This document shows positions 47,179-57,193 of a DNA stretch of 64,000 nt, piece by piece. Below the pieces are notes generated by a model. The model saw only the letters and a program-made list of their open reading frames with translations, was not told the origin of the DNA and did not search any database. The position numbers and the translations under genes were made by a program. Within the stretch, counting starts at the first letter, position 1, and each line of letters begins with the position of its first letter. Location: assembly GCA_016933195.1 (NCBI GenBank), contig JAFGBN010000009.1, forward strand, positions 26,899-90,898. Reading direction: 5' to 3'. This DNA comes from Dehalococcoidia bacterium (GTDB taxonomy: Bacteria; Chloroflexota; Dehalococcoidia; GIF9; AB-539-J10).

Positions 47179-48951
47179 ATGCTTCAATTTTAAGTTTAGT
47201 TCATCAAGCTGGGTCTTATCGACGTATGAGGGACTGTCGAACATCAAGTCAGCAGCATTTTGGTTTTTGGGGAAGGCAATGACCTCCCTGATACGTTGCT
47301 CTCCAGCAAGCAGCATTAGCAATCGGTCTAGTCCTATGGCAATGCCACCATGGGGTGGTGCTCCGTATTCCAGCGCTCTTAAAAGACATCCAAAACGGCT
47401 TTCCATTTCCTCTTGACTATAACCAAGAAGTTCAAATATTTTCTCCTGCAGCTGGCGCTTATGAACTCTGATGCTGCCGCTGCCAAGCTCGTAGCCGTTG
47501 CATACAATATCATAATGGCGACCATGAACCTTGGCCGGTTCGGTATCAAGCAGTAGCATATCTTCCTCCAGCGGTGCGGTAAACGGATGATGCATTGCCT
47601 CCCAGCGATCTGCCATCCCACTCCATTCCAATAAAGGGAAATCAACTATGAAGGTAAAAGCGAGTAGCTTGGCATCGGCTAGGCTAAGCCGGCGTGCCAT
47701 CTCGCGACGCAACTCGTCAAGCGCCCTGTTAGTTACATCTAGGTTGTCAGCGATGATGAGTAAAAGGTCACCAGGTTTTACCTCAAATCTAGCAGCTATA
47801 TTTTCCAGTTGAACTTGAGTCAAGTATTTGGCAGCTGCTGACTTTACCTTATCTAATGCCACAGATTCCCCAGTAAAAGCTATAGTGGTTAAACCTTTAG
47901 CTCCGCTGGCTTCAGCCAAGTTGATTAATCCATCAAGCTGGTGGCGACTATAATGACCACAACCAGGAACGCATATTCCCTTCACATTACCACCCTTCTC
48001 AATAACAGAACGGAAAATATCAAAGTTAGTTTGAGCAGCGATATCAGATATATCTTTGAGTTCCAAGCCGAATCTCATATCTGGTTTATCTGTGCCATAG
48101 CGCTCTGTTGCTTCCTTGTAGGAGAGGCGTGGGAAAGGCTTTAATACTCGCATTTCTGGTTTAACAATCTCTACAAGCGAGGTGAAAAGCTCCTCCATAA
48201 GTTGTAATATGTCCTCTTCTTCTACAAAGCTCATCTCCAGGTCAAGCTGAGTAAATTCAGGTTGTCGGTCCGCTCGAAGGTCTTCATCTCTAAAGCAGCG
48301 AGCTATCTGGAAATATCTTTCAAAACCAGCTACCATGAGGATTTGTTTGAGTTGTTGGGGGGATTGAGGGAGAGCATAAAACTTGCCTGGATTGAGGCGG
48401 CTAGGTACAAGGTAATCTCGAGCTCCTTCTGGAGTGCTCTTAATCAAGACAGGCGTCTCGATTTCGATAAACCTTTTTGCATCAAGGAAGGCACGGATAA
48501 ATTTTACCGCCCTGTGGCGTAAGATGATATTGTCTCGTACTCTAGGTCTTCTCAGGTACAGATAACGATTTTTGAGACAAAGTGATTCTTCAACTTCCAC
48601 ATCCTCATTTATGTAAAAGGGCGGAGTTTCTGAAGGATTGAGGATGACAGCTTTTTTGACTATGACTTCAATATCTCCGGTAGCCAATTTGGAGTTCTCG
48701 GTGCCTTTTGGCCGGGGGACAATTTCTCCAGTAATTTGAATTACATATTCATTGCGGAGTGAACCAGCTATGTGGTAAGCAGCTTGGGATACCTGGGGGT
48801 TGAAAACTATTTGGACTAAGCCGTCTGTATCCCGCAGGTCAATAAATGCCATGCCGCCGTGGTCACGGCGTCGGTGCACCCAACCAGCTAATGTTGCCTC
48901 CTGGCTAACATGTTCTTTTCTTAGTTCACCACAACTATGGGTTTTGAGCAA
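47137..48951 (-). CDS. aspS: aspartyl-tRNA synthetase
   Basis: 604 aa: OB-fold N-domain, class II motifs (FRDEDLRADRQPEFTQLD, GGIAIGLDRL). The C-terminal tail is encoded by a repeat module. Confidence 0.95.
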   Translation of the reverse strand: MLKTHSCGELRKEHVSQEATLAGWVHRRRDHGGMAFIDLRDTDGLVQIVFNPQVSQAAYHIAGSLRNEYVIQITGEIVPRPKGTENSKLATGDIEVIVKKAVILNPSETPPFYINEDVEVEESLCLKNRYLYLRRPRVRDNIILRHRAVKFIRAFLDAKRFIEIETPVLIKSTPEGARDYLVPSRLNPGKFYALPQSPQQLKQILMVAGFERYFQIARCFRDEDLRADRQPEFTQLDLEMSFVEEEDILQLMEELFTSLVEIVKPEMRVLKPFPRLSYKEATERYGTDKPDMRFGLELKDISDIAAQTNFDIFRSVIEKGGNVKGICVPGCGHYSRHQLDGLINLAEASGAKGLTTIAFTGESVALDKVKSAAAKYLTQVQLENIAARFEVKPGDLLLIIADNLDVTNRALDELRREMARRLSLADAKLLAFTFIVDFPLLEWSGMADRWEAMHHPFTAPLEEDMLLLDTEPAKVHGRHYDIVCNGYELGSGSIRVHKRQLQEKIFELLGYSQEEMESRFGCLLRALEYGAPPHGGIAIGLDRLLMLLAGEQRIREVIAFPKNQNAADLMFDSPSYVDKTQLDELNLKLKHEILREVYPSEPKH

Positions 48952-49129
48952 AAATCATCTCCAGCTTCGCGTATGTGCTGATTATAGCTTATGGGGCGTT
49001 TTCTCTCAATCGCTAACAGCTGATTTCTTTCCTGGGGATTTCGTTTGCCAGCAGATACTCCCTAAGAGTCTCCTCTAGTAAAAATAAAGGGTGGCTTAAG
49101 TTGGCAATACTTAAAAGAGAAGCTTTCAA

Positions 49130-49645
49130 TTACTTCTCAAGCATTATCGAAGCGGCAATTCGGGCTGCTTTTTCAGGTGGGACACGACATTTCTTCGCTC
49201 CGTCATCTTCAAGAAACTTCTGTATCTCCTTTGGGTCCATGGTGTTATACTCTCTACCCATTATTTTGGGACGTATATCACCACACATAGTGCTGCCAAA
49301 TTCCTTTTCAAAGGCCTCGCAGAATCTCCATGCTTTCTCCTTGAGTTTAAACGCCTTCTCTTTTGCTTCAGGAGTGTTGCTTTCGGAATCAGGGGGTTTA
49401 TTTCTCCCGTAGGCTAGCCCTAATGCCATGAGGCCTCCAATGACCGCTCCACACGTCTGTTTTCTGCTCACGAGTCCAGGCATGAATGTTGCAGCTTTTA
49501 ATGCATCACCTCCCTCGCCTAGGTTAAATTCTTCTTGCAGGGCAGCCAGTGTACCTTGAGCACAATTAATAAGAAGCTCTTCTTGGTCTCCTGCTCTCTT
49601 TGCCACTTGGTCAAGAATTTCTTCCTTTGAACCTTTACTTAGCAT
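49130..49645 (-). CDS. C_GCAxxG_C_C family protein
   Basis: 171 aa: NCAQGTL and CGAVIGGLMALG motifs plus downstream Cys residues. Confidence 0.75.
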   Translation of the reverse strand: MLSKGSKEEILDQVAKRAGDQEELLINCAQGTLAALQEEFNLGEGGDALKAATFMPGLVSRKQTCGAVIGGLMALGLAYGRNKPPDSESNTPEAKEKAFKLKEKAWRFCEAFEKEFGSTMCGDIRPKIMGREYNTMDPKEIQKFLEDDGAKKCRVPPEKAARIAASIMLEK

Positions 49646-49713
49646 CTTGGTTACTCCTCCTTTTCTCCTCGTTATTTTTGTAATTTATTGAGCTTGCTCT
49701 ATGCATAACGACA

Positions 49714-51456
49714 TCATGGCTGCAGCAGTTCCTGGAGAACAGCCAGTACATCTTGCCTGGGAACGCTACTGTGAATCACCGCCTTACCTATATTTTCTAA
49801 AAGCACCCAGCGGATTACCCCTCCTCTTGCCTTCTTGTCCAGTTCCATAGCTCTCTCCACATCGGTTAAGTCTATTTTGGAGAAGCTTACAGGTAAATCA
49901 AATCTTTGTAACAGGGATTGGTGCTGTTTAGCTTTGGCTGGAGATAAAAAACCTAATCTCTGACTAAGCTTACCTGCACCCACCATGCCAATAGCTACTG
50001 CTTCACCGTGAAGGAATTGCCTATATTGAGTGGCTGCCTCCAACCCGTGGGCAATAGTATGCCCGTAGTTCAAGAGGGTACGTTTGCCCTTCTCTTTCTC
50101 ATCCTCGGTGACGACCTGAGCCTTAATGGCAGCACTGCGAGCGACAGCCTGAGTGAGCACATCTGGTTCTAATTTCATTAGCATAGCAGCATTGGTTTTC
50201 AGAAACTTAAAGAACTCTTCATCTAGTATGAGACCATACTTAATCACCTCAGCCCATCCTGAGGTCAGCTCACGCTGAGATAAAGTGGTAAGAGTCTGAC
50301 AGTCAGCCAGGACGAAGTTGGGTTGATAGAAAGCGCCGATTAGATTTTTCCCCCGGGGGTGGTTGACTCCTACTTTGCCTCCGATGCTGGCATCAACCAT
50401 GGCTAATAAACTGGTTGGCACCTGTATCCAGGGCACGCCTCGCAGGAAAGTAGCAGCGACAAAGCCAGCTAAATCGCCTACCATGCCACCACCCAAGGCA
50501 ATGAGGATGTCATCTCGCTCTGCTCGGTGTTCTACAAGAAAGTCATAGATTCTGTTAGCAAAGTCGGTGTTTTTCGTTGCCTCGCCTGGCGGTACAACGA
50601 AGGAGTTGACTTCGAAGCCGGCGTGCTTCACGATTTCTCCGACCTTGTGACCGTAGATGGAAAATACAGTTTCATCGCTAATTATATTGACCGTGCCAGA
50701 CAAACCAGTCTGCTTTATTTTCTCTCCGAGTTTGTCTAATAGGCCATAGCCCACAAAAATAGGATAATTTTGAGTGGTAGTTTTCACCTCGCAGGCAATG
50801 TCCTTATCAGTATCATTGCGACCTTTGCCTTTGTCATTGTGGTGAGCCGAAGCCCTTCGCTTCTTGTCATTCTGAGGGAGAGAAGTGACTGAAGAATCTC
50901 GCTCAGGGTAAACTTCGCGAAGCAATTCCCAAGCTCTTACTACTTCCTCAGCTACCTCACTAATGCTTAAGTCATCGGTATGAACCGTCCAGTGGGCCTT
51001 GGCGTAGTAAGGCTGCCGGGAGGCTTTAATGTTTGTGATGCGTTCCAGAGGATTATTGTCAGATAGAAGAGGGCGAACCTCAGTTTCAGGGGTAGAAGCG
51101 GCATCTCGGAATAAACGTTGATATATTGTCTCTGGCTTGGCTTCAAGACAAATGATTAACCCATTTCTGGCAAGCAGTTTATAGTTTTGACTGTCAACAA
51201 TAGCACCGCCTCCGATAGCTATGACCGTTTTTTTTTGCTGGCAAGCTTTCTTAATCATGTGCCGCTCCAGCCCCCTGAATTTTGCTTCCCCATCCTGCTG
51301 AAAAATCTCACTAATTGGCTTGCCCGCCTGTTTGACTATCTCTTCATCAGTATCAACGAAACCCCAACTTAACCTCCGGGCCACCTCTCTGCCTACAAAA
51401 GATTTGCCAGTGGCAGAAAAACCTGCGAGGATGATATTACTTACTTGCCTTTCCAT
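49714..51456 (-). CDS. aroK/aroB: fused shikimate kinase / 3-dehydroquinate synthase
   Basis: N-terminal AroK (ILAGFSATGKS, DTDEEI, GGGAI). About a 45-aa low-complexity linker. C-terminal AroB (GGGMVGDLAGFVAATFLRG, DASIGGKVGVN, GHTIAHGLE). Confidence 0.9.
   Translation of the reverse strand: MERQVSNIILAGFSATGKSFVGREVARRLSWGFVDTDEEIVKQAGKPISEIFQQDGEAKFRGLERHMIKKACQQKKTVIAIGGGAIVDSQNYKLLARNGLIICLEAKPETIYQRLFRDAASTPETEVRPLLSDNNPLERITNIKASRQPYYAKAHWTVHTDDLSISEVAEEVVRAWELLREVYPERDSSVTSLPQNDKKRRASAHHNDKGKGRNDTDKDIACEVKTTTQNYPIFVGYGLLDKLGEKIKQTGLSGTVNIISDETVFSIYGHKVGEIVKHAGFEVNSFVVPPGEATKNTDFANRIYDFLVEHRAERDDILIALGGGMVGDLAGFVAATFLRGVPWIQVPTSLLAMVDASIGGKVGVNHPRGKNLIGAFYQPNFVLADCQTLTTLSQRELTSGWAEVIKYGLILDEEFFKFLKTNAAMLMKLEPDVLTQAVARSAAIKAQVVTEDEKEKGKRTLLNYGHTIAHGLEAATQYRQFLHGEAVAIGMVGAGKLSQRLGFLSPAKAKQHQSLLQRFDLPVSFSKIDLTDVERAMELDKKARGGVIRWVLLENIGKAVIHSSVPRQDVLAVLQELLQP
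50812..50927. repeat. cluster of three gtcattNNgag-type repeat heads plus gaagaatctc / ggtaaacttcgcgaag modules, inside the aroK-aroB linker
   Basis: tcattgcga (50813), gtcattgtgg (50833), gtcattctgag (50866), gaagaatctc (50891-50900), ggtaaacttcgcgaagcaat (50906-50925). Confidence 0.65.
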
Positions 51457-51646
51457 TTCGCTCAGTATATTGAAAAAGCCAGCTTAGAGCAAGAACTAGC
51501 TCTTTCAAAGCGAGACTAAAACTTTATCATTAAACCAGCGGTCTTGGGCATTGATGAAGTGGAGGAAGTCTGGTGTGTTCTCTATTCACTACAAACGAAG
51601 CGGCGAATATGTGGTCTTTGAGTGTGCGCCTTACACGCCCAGCAGC

Positions 51647-52822
51647 TTAGAGCCGTAGGCGAGATATGTTGCTTAAGTAATTATGATAATTTGCCAGGGT
51701 CTCCTTTAGATTATCGCCAGCGAATTTCTTTAGGCAAGCATCGGCTAAAACGATAGCCAGCATTGCCTCAGCAATCACACCAGCAGCGGGGACAACGCAA
51801 ATATCGCTGCGCTCATAATGCGCTTTGACCACCTCGCCGTCACGCAAATCTATGGAGGACAAGGGCTGGGCCAAGGTAGCAATAGGTTTGACTGCAGCCT
51901 TGATTACGATGGGTTCCCCATTAGTTATGCCGCCCTCAATGCCGCCGGCACGGTTGGTGGTGTGGTGCCAGGGAAAAGGTTGCTTTGAGGGATTCGGTTT
52001 GATAACGTCATGGGCTTGTGAGCCTTTAAGCTTGGCTGAAGCGAATCCACCTCCGATTTCCACTCCTTTCACAGCGTTGATGCTCATTATCGCCTGGGCA
52101 ATTCTGCCGTCAAGGCGGCGATCCCAGCTAACATGGCTTCCCAAACCTATAGGCACTCCATTGACGATTACCTCGAAAACGCCGCCCAGTGTATCCCCGC
52201 TGGCTTTAGCTTCATCGATGGCTGTTACCATCTCCTTTTCCATCTTGGCGTCGGCACAGCGAACCGGGGAAGTTTCTACCTGCTGCCAATTTGAAGAGAT
52301 TGCTTCGCTTTGCTCGCAACTAGCATGTCCAATAGCCATAGTATGGCTGTGAATAGCAATGCTGAATTCCTCCAGGAATCTCTTGGCTACAGCCCCAGCG
52401 GCTACCCTGGCGGCTGTTTCCCTGGCACTGGCTCTTTCTATTATTGGTCTAATGTCTTTGAGTCCATATTTGGTTACCCCGGCCAGGTCGGCGTGTCCTG
52501 GGCGGGGGCAAGTTATGGGCTCAGCTTCCTTCTCTAGCGAGGTGACACTCATTGCCCCCTGCCAGTTTTGCCAATCTCGATTAGGGATAAAGAGAGCAAT
52601 GGGACTGCCTATGGTAAGTCCATAGCGGACTCCGGAAATGATTTCAGCCTTGTCTTGTTCTATTTCCATACGAGAGCCACGGCCATGACCTCCCTGGCGA
52701 CGTTTTAGCTCTCTATTTATGTATTTTGCTTCCAAGGGAAGGCCAGCTACCATTCCTTCGACAATAGCTATTAATCCCTTCCCGTGGGATTCTCCGGCGG
52801 TGAAAAAGTGAAAATCTCCCAT
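51647..52822 (-). CDS. aroC: chorismate synthase
   Basis: 391 aa: FTAGESHGKGL, RRQGGHGRGSRM, RPGHADL, ERSDICVVPAA. Confidence 0.95.
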   Translation of the reverse strand: MGDFHFFTAGESHGKGLIAIVEGMVAGLPLEAKYINRELKRRQGGHGRGSRMEIEQDKAEIISGVRYGLTIGSPIALFIPNRDWQNWQGAMSVTSLEKEAEPITCPRPGHADLAGVTKYGLKDIRPIIERASARETAARVAAGAVAKRFLEEFSIAIHSHTMAIGHASCEQSEAISSNWQQVETSPVRCADAKMEKEMVTAIDEAKASGDTLGGVFEVIVNGVPIGLGSHVSWDRRLDGRIAQAIMSINAVKGVEIGGGFASAKLKGSQAHDVIKPNPSKQPFPWHHTTNRAGGIEGGITNGEPIVIKAAVKPIATLAQPLSSIDLRDGEVVKAHYERSDICVVPAAGVIAEAMLAIVLADACLKKFAGDNLKETLANYHNYLSNISRLRL

Positions 52823-52960
52823 GTCGTGTCCCTCTGTGCTCTATCCGGTTGCTCCTTTAGCAGTTCCGGTATAACAGTAGGGCTCCAAAATACATATGGG
52901 GGGGAATTACAGTTGCAGCTAGCAATGATATCGCCAAATTGATAACTGCTATTTTTACCT

Positions 52961-53851
52961 TCAGCCTTCCCCTCTCAGCAATATTTGTTCGGCTTTATTG
53001 AGCATTATGTCAATAGGGGGCTTTTTCCCCGTCCATAGTTCAAAGGAGGCAACGCCCTGATATACTAGCATGGCTAAGCCGCTAAGTATATTGGCTCCTA
53101 CATTTCGTGCTAACTGTAACAAAGGCGTCTCCCTGGGATTATATACTAAGTCGTAGACTAAGACATTTTGGGGAATCAGTTCGGCACTCAAAGGTGACTG
53201 CCCTTCTTGAGAACTGTACTTCATTCCAATAGTAGTGCAGTTGACTATAAGATGACAGTGTTCTAAAGTCTTGCCTGAGTATAGACTCCGCCAGGGCAGA
53301 GCGGTGATCTTACTTTTTAATTCTTCTGGGCTTGCTGAAAAGTCTTTAACATAGCGATTTATGCTATCTACCAATGTCGCGGCTCTCTCTAAAGTCCGAT
53401 TGATAATAAGAAGCGAGCTCGCTTTCTTCTTCACCAAAGCAAAGCTAACCGCCTTGGCTACCCCGCCAGCACCCAAGATTACCGCTCGCTTACCTTCTGG
53501 ATCAAAGCGCCCATCTTTATATAACGCCTCAATAAAACCATAGCTGTCGGTGTTGAAACCCAGGAGTCTATTACTTCTTTTGACTATAGTGTTGACTGCC
53601 CCAATCGAACTTGCCAGGTCATCAACTTCGTCTAATAAAGGCAAGACTGTTTCTTTATATGGAACGGTGACGTTGGCTCCAAGGTTTTGAGGTTTTCTTA
53701 AGTTATCTACTGCATTTTGAAGCTTTTCAGGGCTTGTTTCCCAAGCTTTATAGCGAATGTCAAGATGATAGTAATCCAAGGCGGCTTGCTGGAAATAAGG
53801 GGAGATGGAATGCTTGATGGGGTAACCAATAAGGCCAATGAACTTTGGCAT
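52961..53851 (-). CDS. aroE: shikimate dehydrogenase
   Basis: 296 aa: GLIGYPIKHSISP, NVTVPYKE, NTD, ILGAGGVAKAV. Confidence 0.9.
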   Translation of the reverse strand: MPKFIGLIGYPIKHSISPYFQQAALDYYHLDIRYKAWETSPEKLQNAVDNLRKPQNLGANVTVPYKETVLPLLDEVDDLASSIGAVNTIVKRSNRLLGFNTDSYGFIEALYKDGRFDPEGKRAVILGAGGVAKAVSFALVKKKASSLLIINRTLERAATLVDSINRYVKDFSASPEELKSKITALPWRSLYSGKTLEHCHLIVNCTTIGMKYSSQEGQSPLSAELIPQNVLVYDLVYNPRETPLLQLARNVGANILSGLAMLVYQGVASFELWTGKKPPIDIMLNKAEQILLRGEG

Positions 53852-53852
53852 T

Positions 53853-54284
53853 CTAACGCCTCAAGCTATCCAGAAAACCTTGAAGGATAAAAGCAGCTGC
53901 TATAGCATCTCGGTGCTGTTTCCGTTTATTTCTTTTTGTGCCAGCTTCAGTCATTAATCGCTCAGCAGCTATGGTGGATAACCGCTCATCCCATAATTGT
54001 ATGTTGACCTGGTTGAGGTCGCTTCGCTTTGTTCGAGATGACAATTTCTCAGCAAAAGATGTTACTTTGTTAGCTTGTTGGCCAAGATTACCATTTAAAG
54101 AGTAGGGCAACCCAACTACAACGCATTCGGCTTCATATTGTTTAATGAGCTTGAGAATGTCATCTATGGTTGCTTCTTCATCACTACCGCCAATAACAGA
54201 TAGAGGGAGAGCTAGAATGCCTTGCGGATCACTTACTGCTACTCCAGTTCTTTTATCTCCGATATCTAGCCCTAAGCTGCGCAT
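53853..54284 (-). CDS. ruvX: YqgF/RuvX putative pre-16S rRNA nuclease
   Basis: 143 aa: LGLDIGDKRTGVAVSD, VVGLPYSLNG, WDERLST. Confidence 0.9.
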   Translation of the reverse strand: MRSLGLDIGDKRTGVAVSDPQGILALPLSVIGGSDEEATIDDILKLIKQYEAECVVVGLPYSLNGNLGQQANKVTSFAEKLSSRTKRSDLNQVNIQLWDERLSTIAAERLMTEAGTKRNKRKQHRDAIAAAFILQGFLDSLRR

Positions 54285-54339
54285 TCTTGCCCTTACACCC
54301 CTCGCTAGATAATGAGTGGGGTGGATGAGAGCTCTCCTT

Positions 54340-56997
54340 TTAATCCTCTTTCATTGAATAGGGGGAGATTTGCTTTGCAATGACACTTTTAACTGAGATT
54401 AAGGCCTCGTCAAGCTTAGCGATATCTTTGCCGCCAGCCTGAGCCATGGTTGCCTTGCCACCACCACCGCCGCCAGTGACTTTTGCTATCTCTTTAACAA
54501 TATCTCCGGCATGAAATCCTTTGGCTGCTAAGTCAGGGGTTACCATGGCCACGAAGTTGGGCCTGTTATCGTAAACTGTAGCCAAAACTACTATAGCGCT
54601 CTTTAACTTGTCCCGCAATATATCGCCCATTTCTCTAAGGACAAGCATAGTTAGTGGCGGCACCTTAGCTGCTAAGACTGTTACGCCATCCACCTTCTCC
54701 ACTTGCTCGAGTAAGGATTCTGCTACCTTCCTCGATAGCTCCCTTTCCAACCAGAGCGTGCGCCTGTGCTCGGTTTCCAGTTCACTAAGCAAGGTTTTTA
54801 CCTTGCCATGGACTTCCTCTAGCGGACTCTCTACTTCTTTAGCTATATTTTGCAAGTCAGAAAAATGTCTCTCAACCAAAGATTCCGCAGCTCGTCCGGT
54901 CACTGCTTGGATGCGGTGTAATCCGGTACCAATACTGCTTTCATTGGTTATAAAGAAGAGGCCAATTTCTCCTGTAGACTTGACATGGGTACCCCCGCAG
55001 AGCTCCTTGCTTATCGGTGGCTCGCCAATTTCGATTACTCGGACCGTTGCTCCATATTTTTCTTCAAAAAAGGCAAGAGCGCCTTCAGTAATAGCTTGCC
55101 CATAGGGGATGTCTTTTTTTGCTTTCACTGGCAAGTTTTGTCGCGCTTTCTCATTAACCTGTTTCTGAATCTCCATGAGCTGCTCTTCAGTTATGGTTGA
55201 AAAGTGTGAAAAATCAAATCTTAGCCTTTCTGGCTCCACCAATGAACCTCTTTGCTCAATGTGGTTACCCAGTACTTGTCTCAGAGCAAACTGAAGGAGA
55301 TGAGTAGCGGTATGGTTGCGAGCGATGTCGAGACGGCGTTTTTCGTCCACTTTCGCTTCAACATCGTCGCCAACGGATATGCTGCCTTCAATGACTCTGC
55401 CCTGATGGACAATCGTATCGAAGGGAGTTCTAAGGGTATTTGTGATGTCTACTTTCCCCTTTTGGCTGCTGGTTTCGCCAGTATCGCCCACTTGCCCACC
55501 CATCTCTCCATAGAAGGGCGTCTTGTCAAGCACGATGGCAACTTCATCTCCTTGAGAAGCGCTTTCAACAAGCTTTTCTCTGACAGTCAACTCAAGGATT
55601 TTAGATTCAGAGGCAGTTGTTTCATAACCCACAAAGCAAACATCTGTGCTTGGTATGATAATAGTAGTCGTATTTCCATGTTTCCATAGTATCTTCATCT
55701 TGTTTGCTGCCCTAGCCCGCTCTTGCTGTCTCTCCATCTCAGCCTGAAAACCTTCCCAATCTATGGACAGCCCTTTTTCTCTGGCAATTTCAGCAGTTAA
55801 CTCCGGGGGAAAGCCATAAGTATCATAAAGCGGGAAGATCTCGTGTCCTTGCAGCCACTTTTTCCCTTGATGTAAAGCTTCGTCAACGAGCTTTTCCACC
55901 AAGTTAAGCCCAGCATCTAAAGCAGCAATAAATCTTTCCTCCTCAGTTCCAATTACTTCAGTGACCAGGTTTCGACTAGTTACAATCTCAGGGTATATGC
56001 GGCTCATCTTATTGACTACAATCTCAGCCATTTCACCGAGGAAAGGCCTATCCAAGCCCAACCTTCGACCAAAGAGTGAGGCGCGACGCAGTATTCGCCG
56101 CAGGACGTAGCCCCTTCCTTCGTTGGAAGGCATAACACCATCGGCAATAAGGAAGACAATGCCTCTCCCATGCTCAGCGATAACTCTAATGGCCCGATCG
56201 GTATTTTCATCCTCGCCGTAATTTCTACTGGCTAGCTGACAAACCTGTTTTACTAAGGGCGAGAAAAGCTCTGTTTCATAGGGAGAGGGTTTGCCTTGAG
56301 TAGCTGCGGCAGTCCTCTCCAGTCCCATCCCGGTATCGATATTGGGTTTGGGTAAAGGAGTACGTTTTCCATCGCTACCTTGATTATACTGAGTAAATAC
56401 CAGATTCCAAATTTCAGAGAAGCGACCACATTCGCAATTAGGTTTACATTCAGGCCTGCCGCAGCCAAATTCCTCACCCAAGTCATAATGGATTTCACTG
56501 CAAGGACCACAGGGACCTGAATCACCAACCGGACCCCAGAAGTTGTCCTCCTCACCAAATCGCAGTATCCTTTCGGCGGGAATACCGATTTGTTGCCAGT
56601 AGTTGAAGGCCTCGTCGTCATCAAGGTAGATAGTTATCCAGAGCCGCTCCTTGGGCAGCTTCAGATACTTGGTAACGAATTCCCAGGCCCAGGAAATAGC
56701 TTCCTTCTTAAAATAATCACCCACGCTGAAGTTTCCCAGCATCTCAAAAAAGGTAAGGTGCTTGCTGTCGCCAACTGAGTCTATATCAGTAGCGCGAAAG
56801 CATTTTTGGCAAGAGGCCAATCGTGGGCTTGGAGGTGCTTCCAATCCCAAAAAATAGGGCTTAATCTGTACCATGCCGGCACTGGTTAATAACAAAGTGG
56901 GGTCTTTATAGGGAATCAAAGATGAGCTGGGGAGAATTTTATGTCCCTTATCCCGGAAGAACTCCAGAAAGGCCTGCCTAATTTCGTCACCAGTCAT
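54340..56997 (-). CDS. alaS: alanyl-tRNA synthetase
   Basis: 885 aa: FFRDKGH, FEMLGNFS, editing-domain HTATHLL...CGGTH, C-terminal DHHA1 GGGGGK. Confidence 0.95.
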   Translation of the reverse strand: MTGDEIRQAFLEFFRDKGHKILPSSSLIPYKDPTLLLTSAGMVQIKPYFLGLEAPPSPRLASCQKCFRATDIDSVGDSKHLTFFEMLGNFSVGDYFKKEAISWAWEFVTKYLKLPKERLWITIYLDDDEAFNYWQQIGIPAERILRFGEEDNFWGPVGDSGPCGPCSEIHYDLGEEFGCGRPECKPNCECGRFSEIWNLVFTQYNQGSDGKRTPLPKPNIDTGMGLERTAAATQGKPSPYETELFSPLVKQVCQLASRNYGEDENTDRAIRVIAEHGRGIVFLIADGVMPSNEGRGYVLRRILRRASLFGRRLGLDRPFLGEMAEIVVNKMSRIYPEIVTSRNLVTEVIGTEEERFIAALDAGLNLVEKLVDEALHQGKKWLQGHEIFPLYDTYGFPPELTAEIAREKGLSIDWEGFQAEMERQQERARAANKMKILWKHGNTTTIIIPSTDVCFVGYETTASESKILELTVREKLVESASQGDEVAIVLDKTPFYGEMGGQVGDTGETSSQKGKVDITNTLRTPFDTIVHQGRVIEGSISVGDDVEAKVDEKRRLDIARNHTATHLLQFALRQVLGNHIEQRGSLVEPERLRFDFSHFSTITEEQLMEIQKQVNEKARQNLPVKAKKDIPYGQAITEGALAFFEEKYGATVRVIEIGEPPISKELCGGTHVKSTGEIGLFFITNESSIGTGLHRIQAVTGRAAESLVERHFSDLQNIAKEVESPLEEVHGKVKTLLSELETEHRRTLWLERELSRKVAESLLEQVEKVDGVTVLAAKVPPLTMLVLREMGDILRDKLKSAIVVLATVYDNRPNFVAMVTPDLAAKGFHAGDIVKEIAKVTGGGGGGKATMAQAGGKDIAKLDEALISVKSVIAKQISPYSMKED

Positions 56998-57193
56998 TTG
57001 CAGTTGCCCTCTCTGATTTCAAAGTACATTAGTTTAGCGATCAATTAATGCCCAAGCTCGACTATGCTAGCATAAACGTTGCCATCGGGCAAAGAGTTTT
57101 GCTGAACGCAATAATTTCGCCAGAGATAGTATGGTTGATTGGCTAATAAAATGACGCTGCCTCACTCGTGCGCTGCTGCTAGGGTTGCCTCTC

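Noticed and set aside
51480-51653. 11-nt direct repeat cagcttagagc flanking the aroC-aroKB spacer, as a possible target-site duplication of a MITE.
   Set aside because: Exact 11-mers recur by chance many times in 64 kb, and no terminal inverted repeats lie between the copies.
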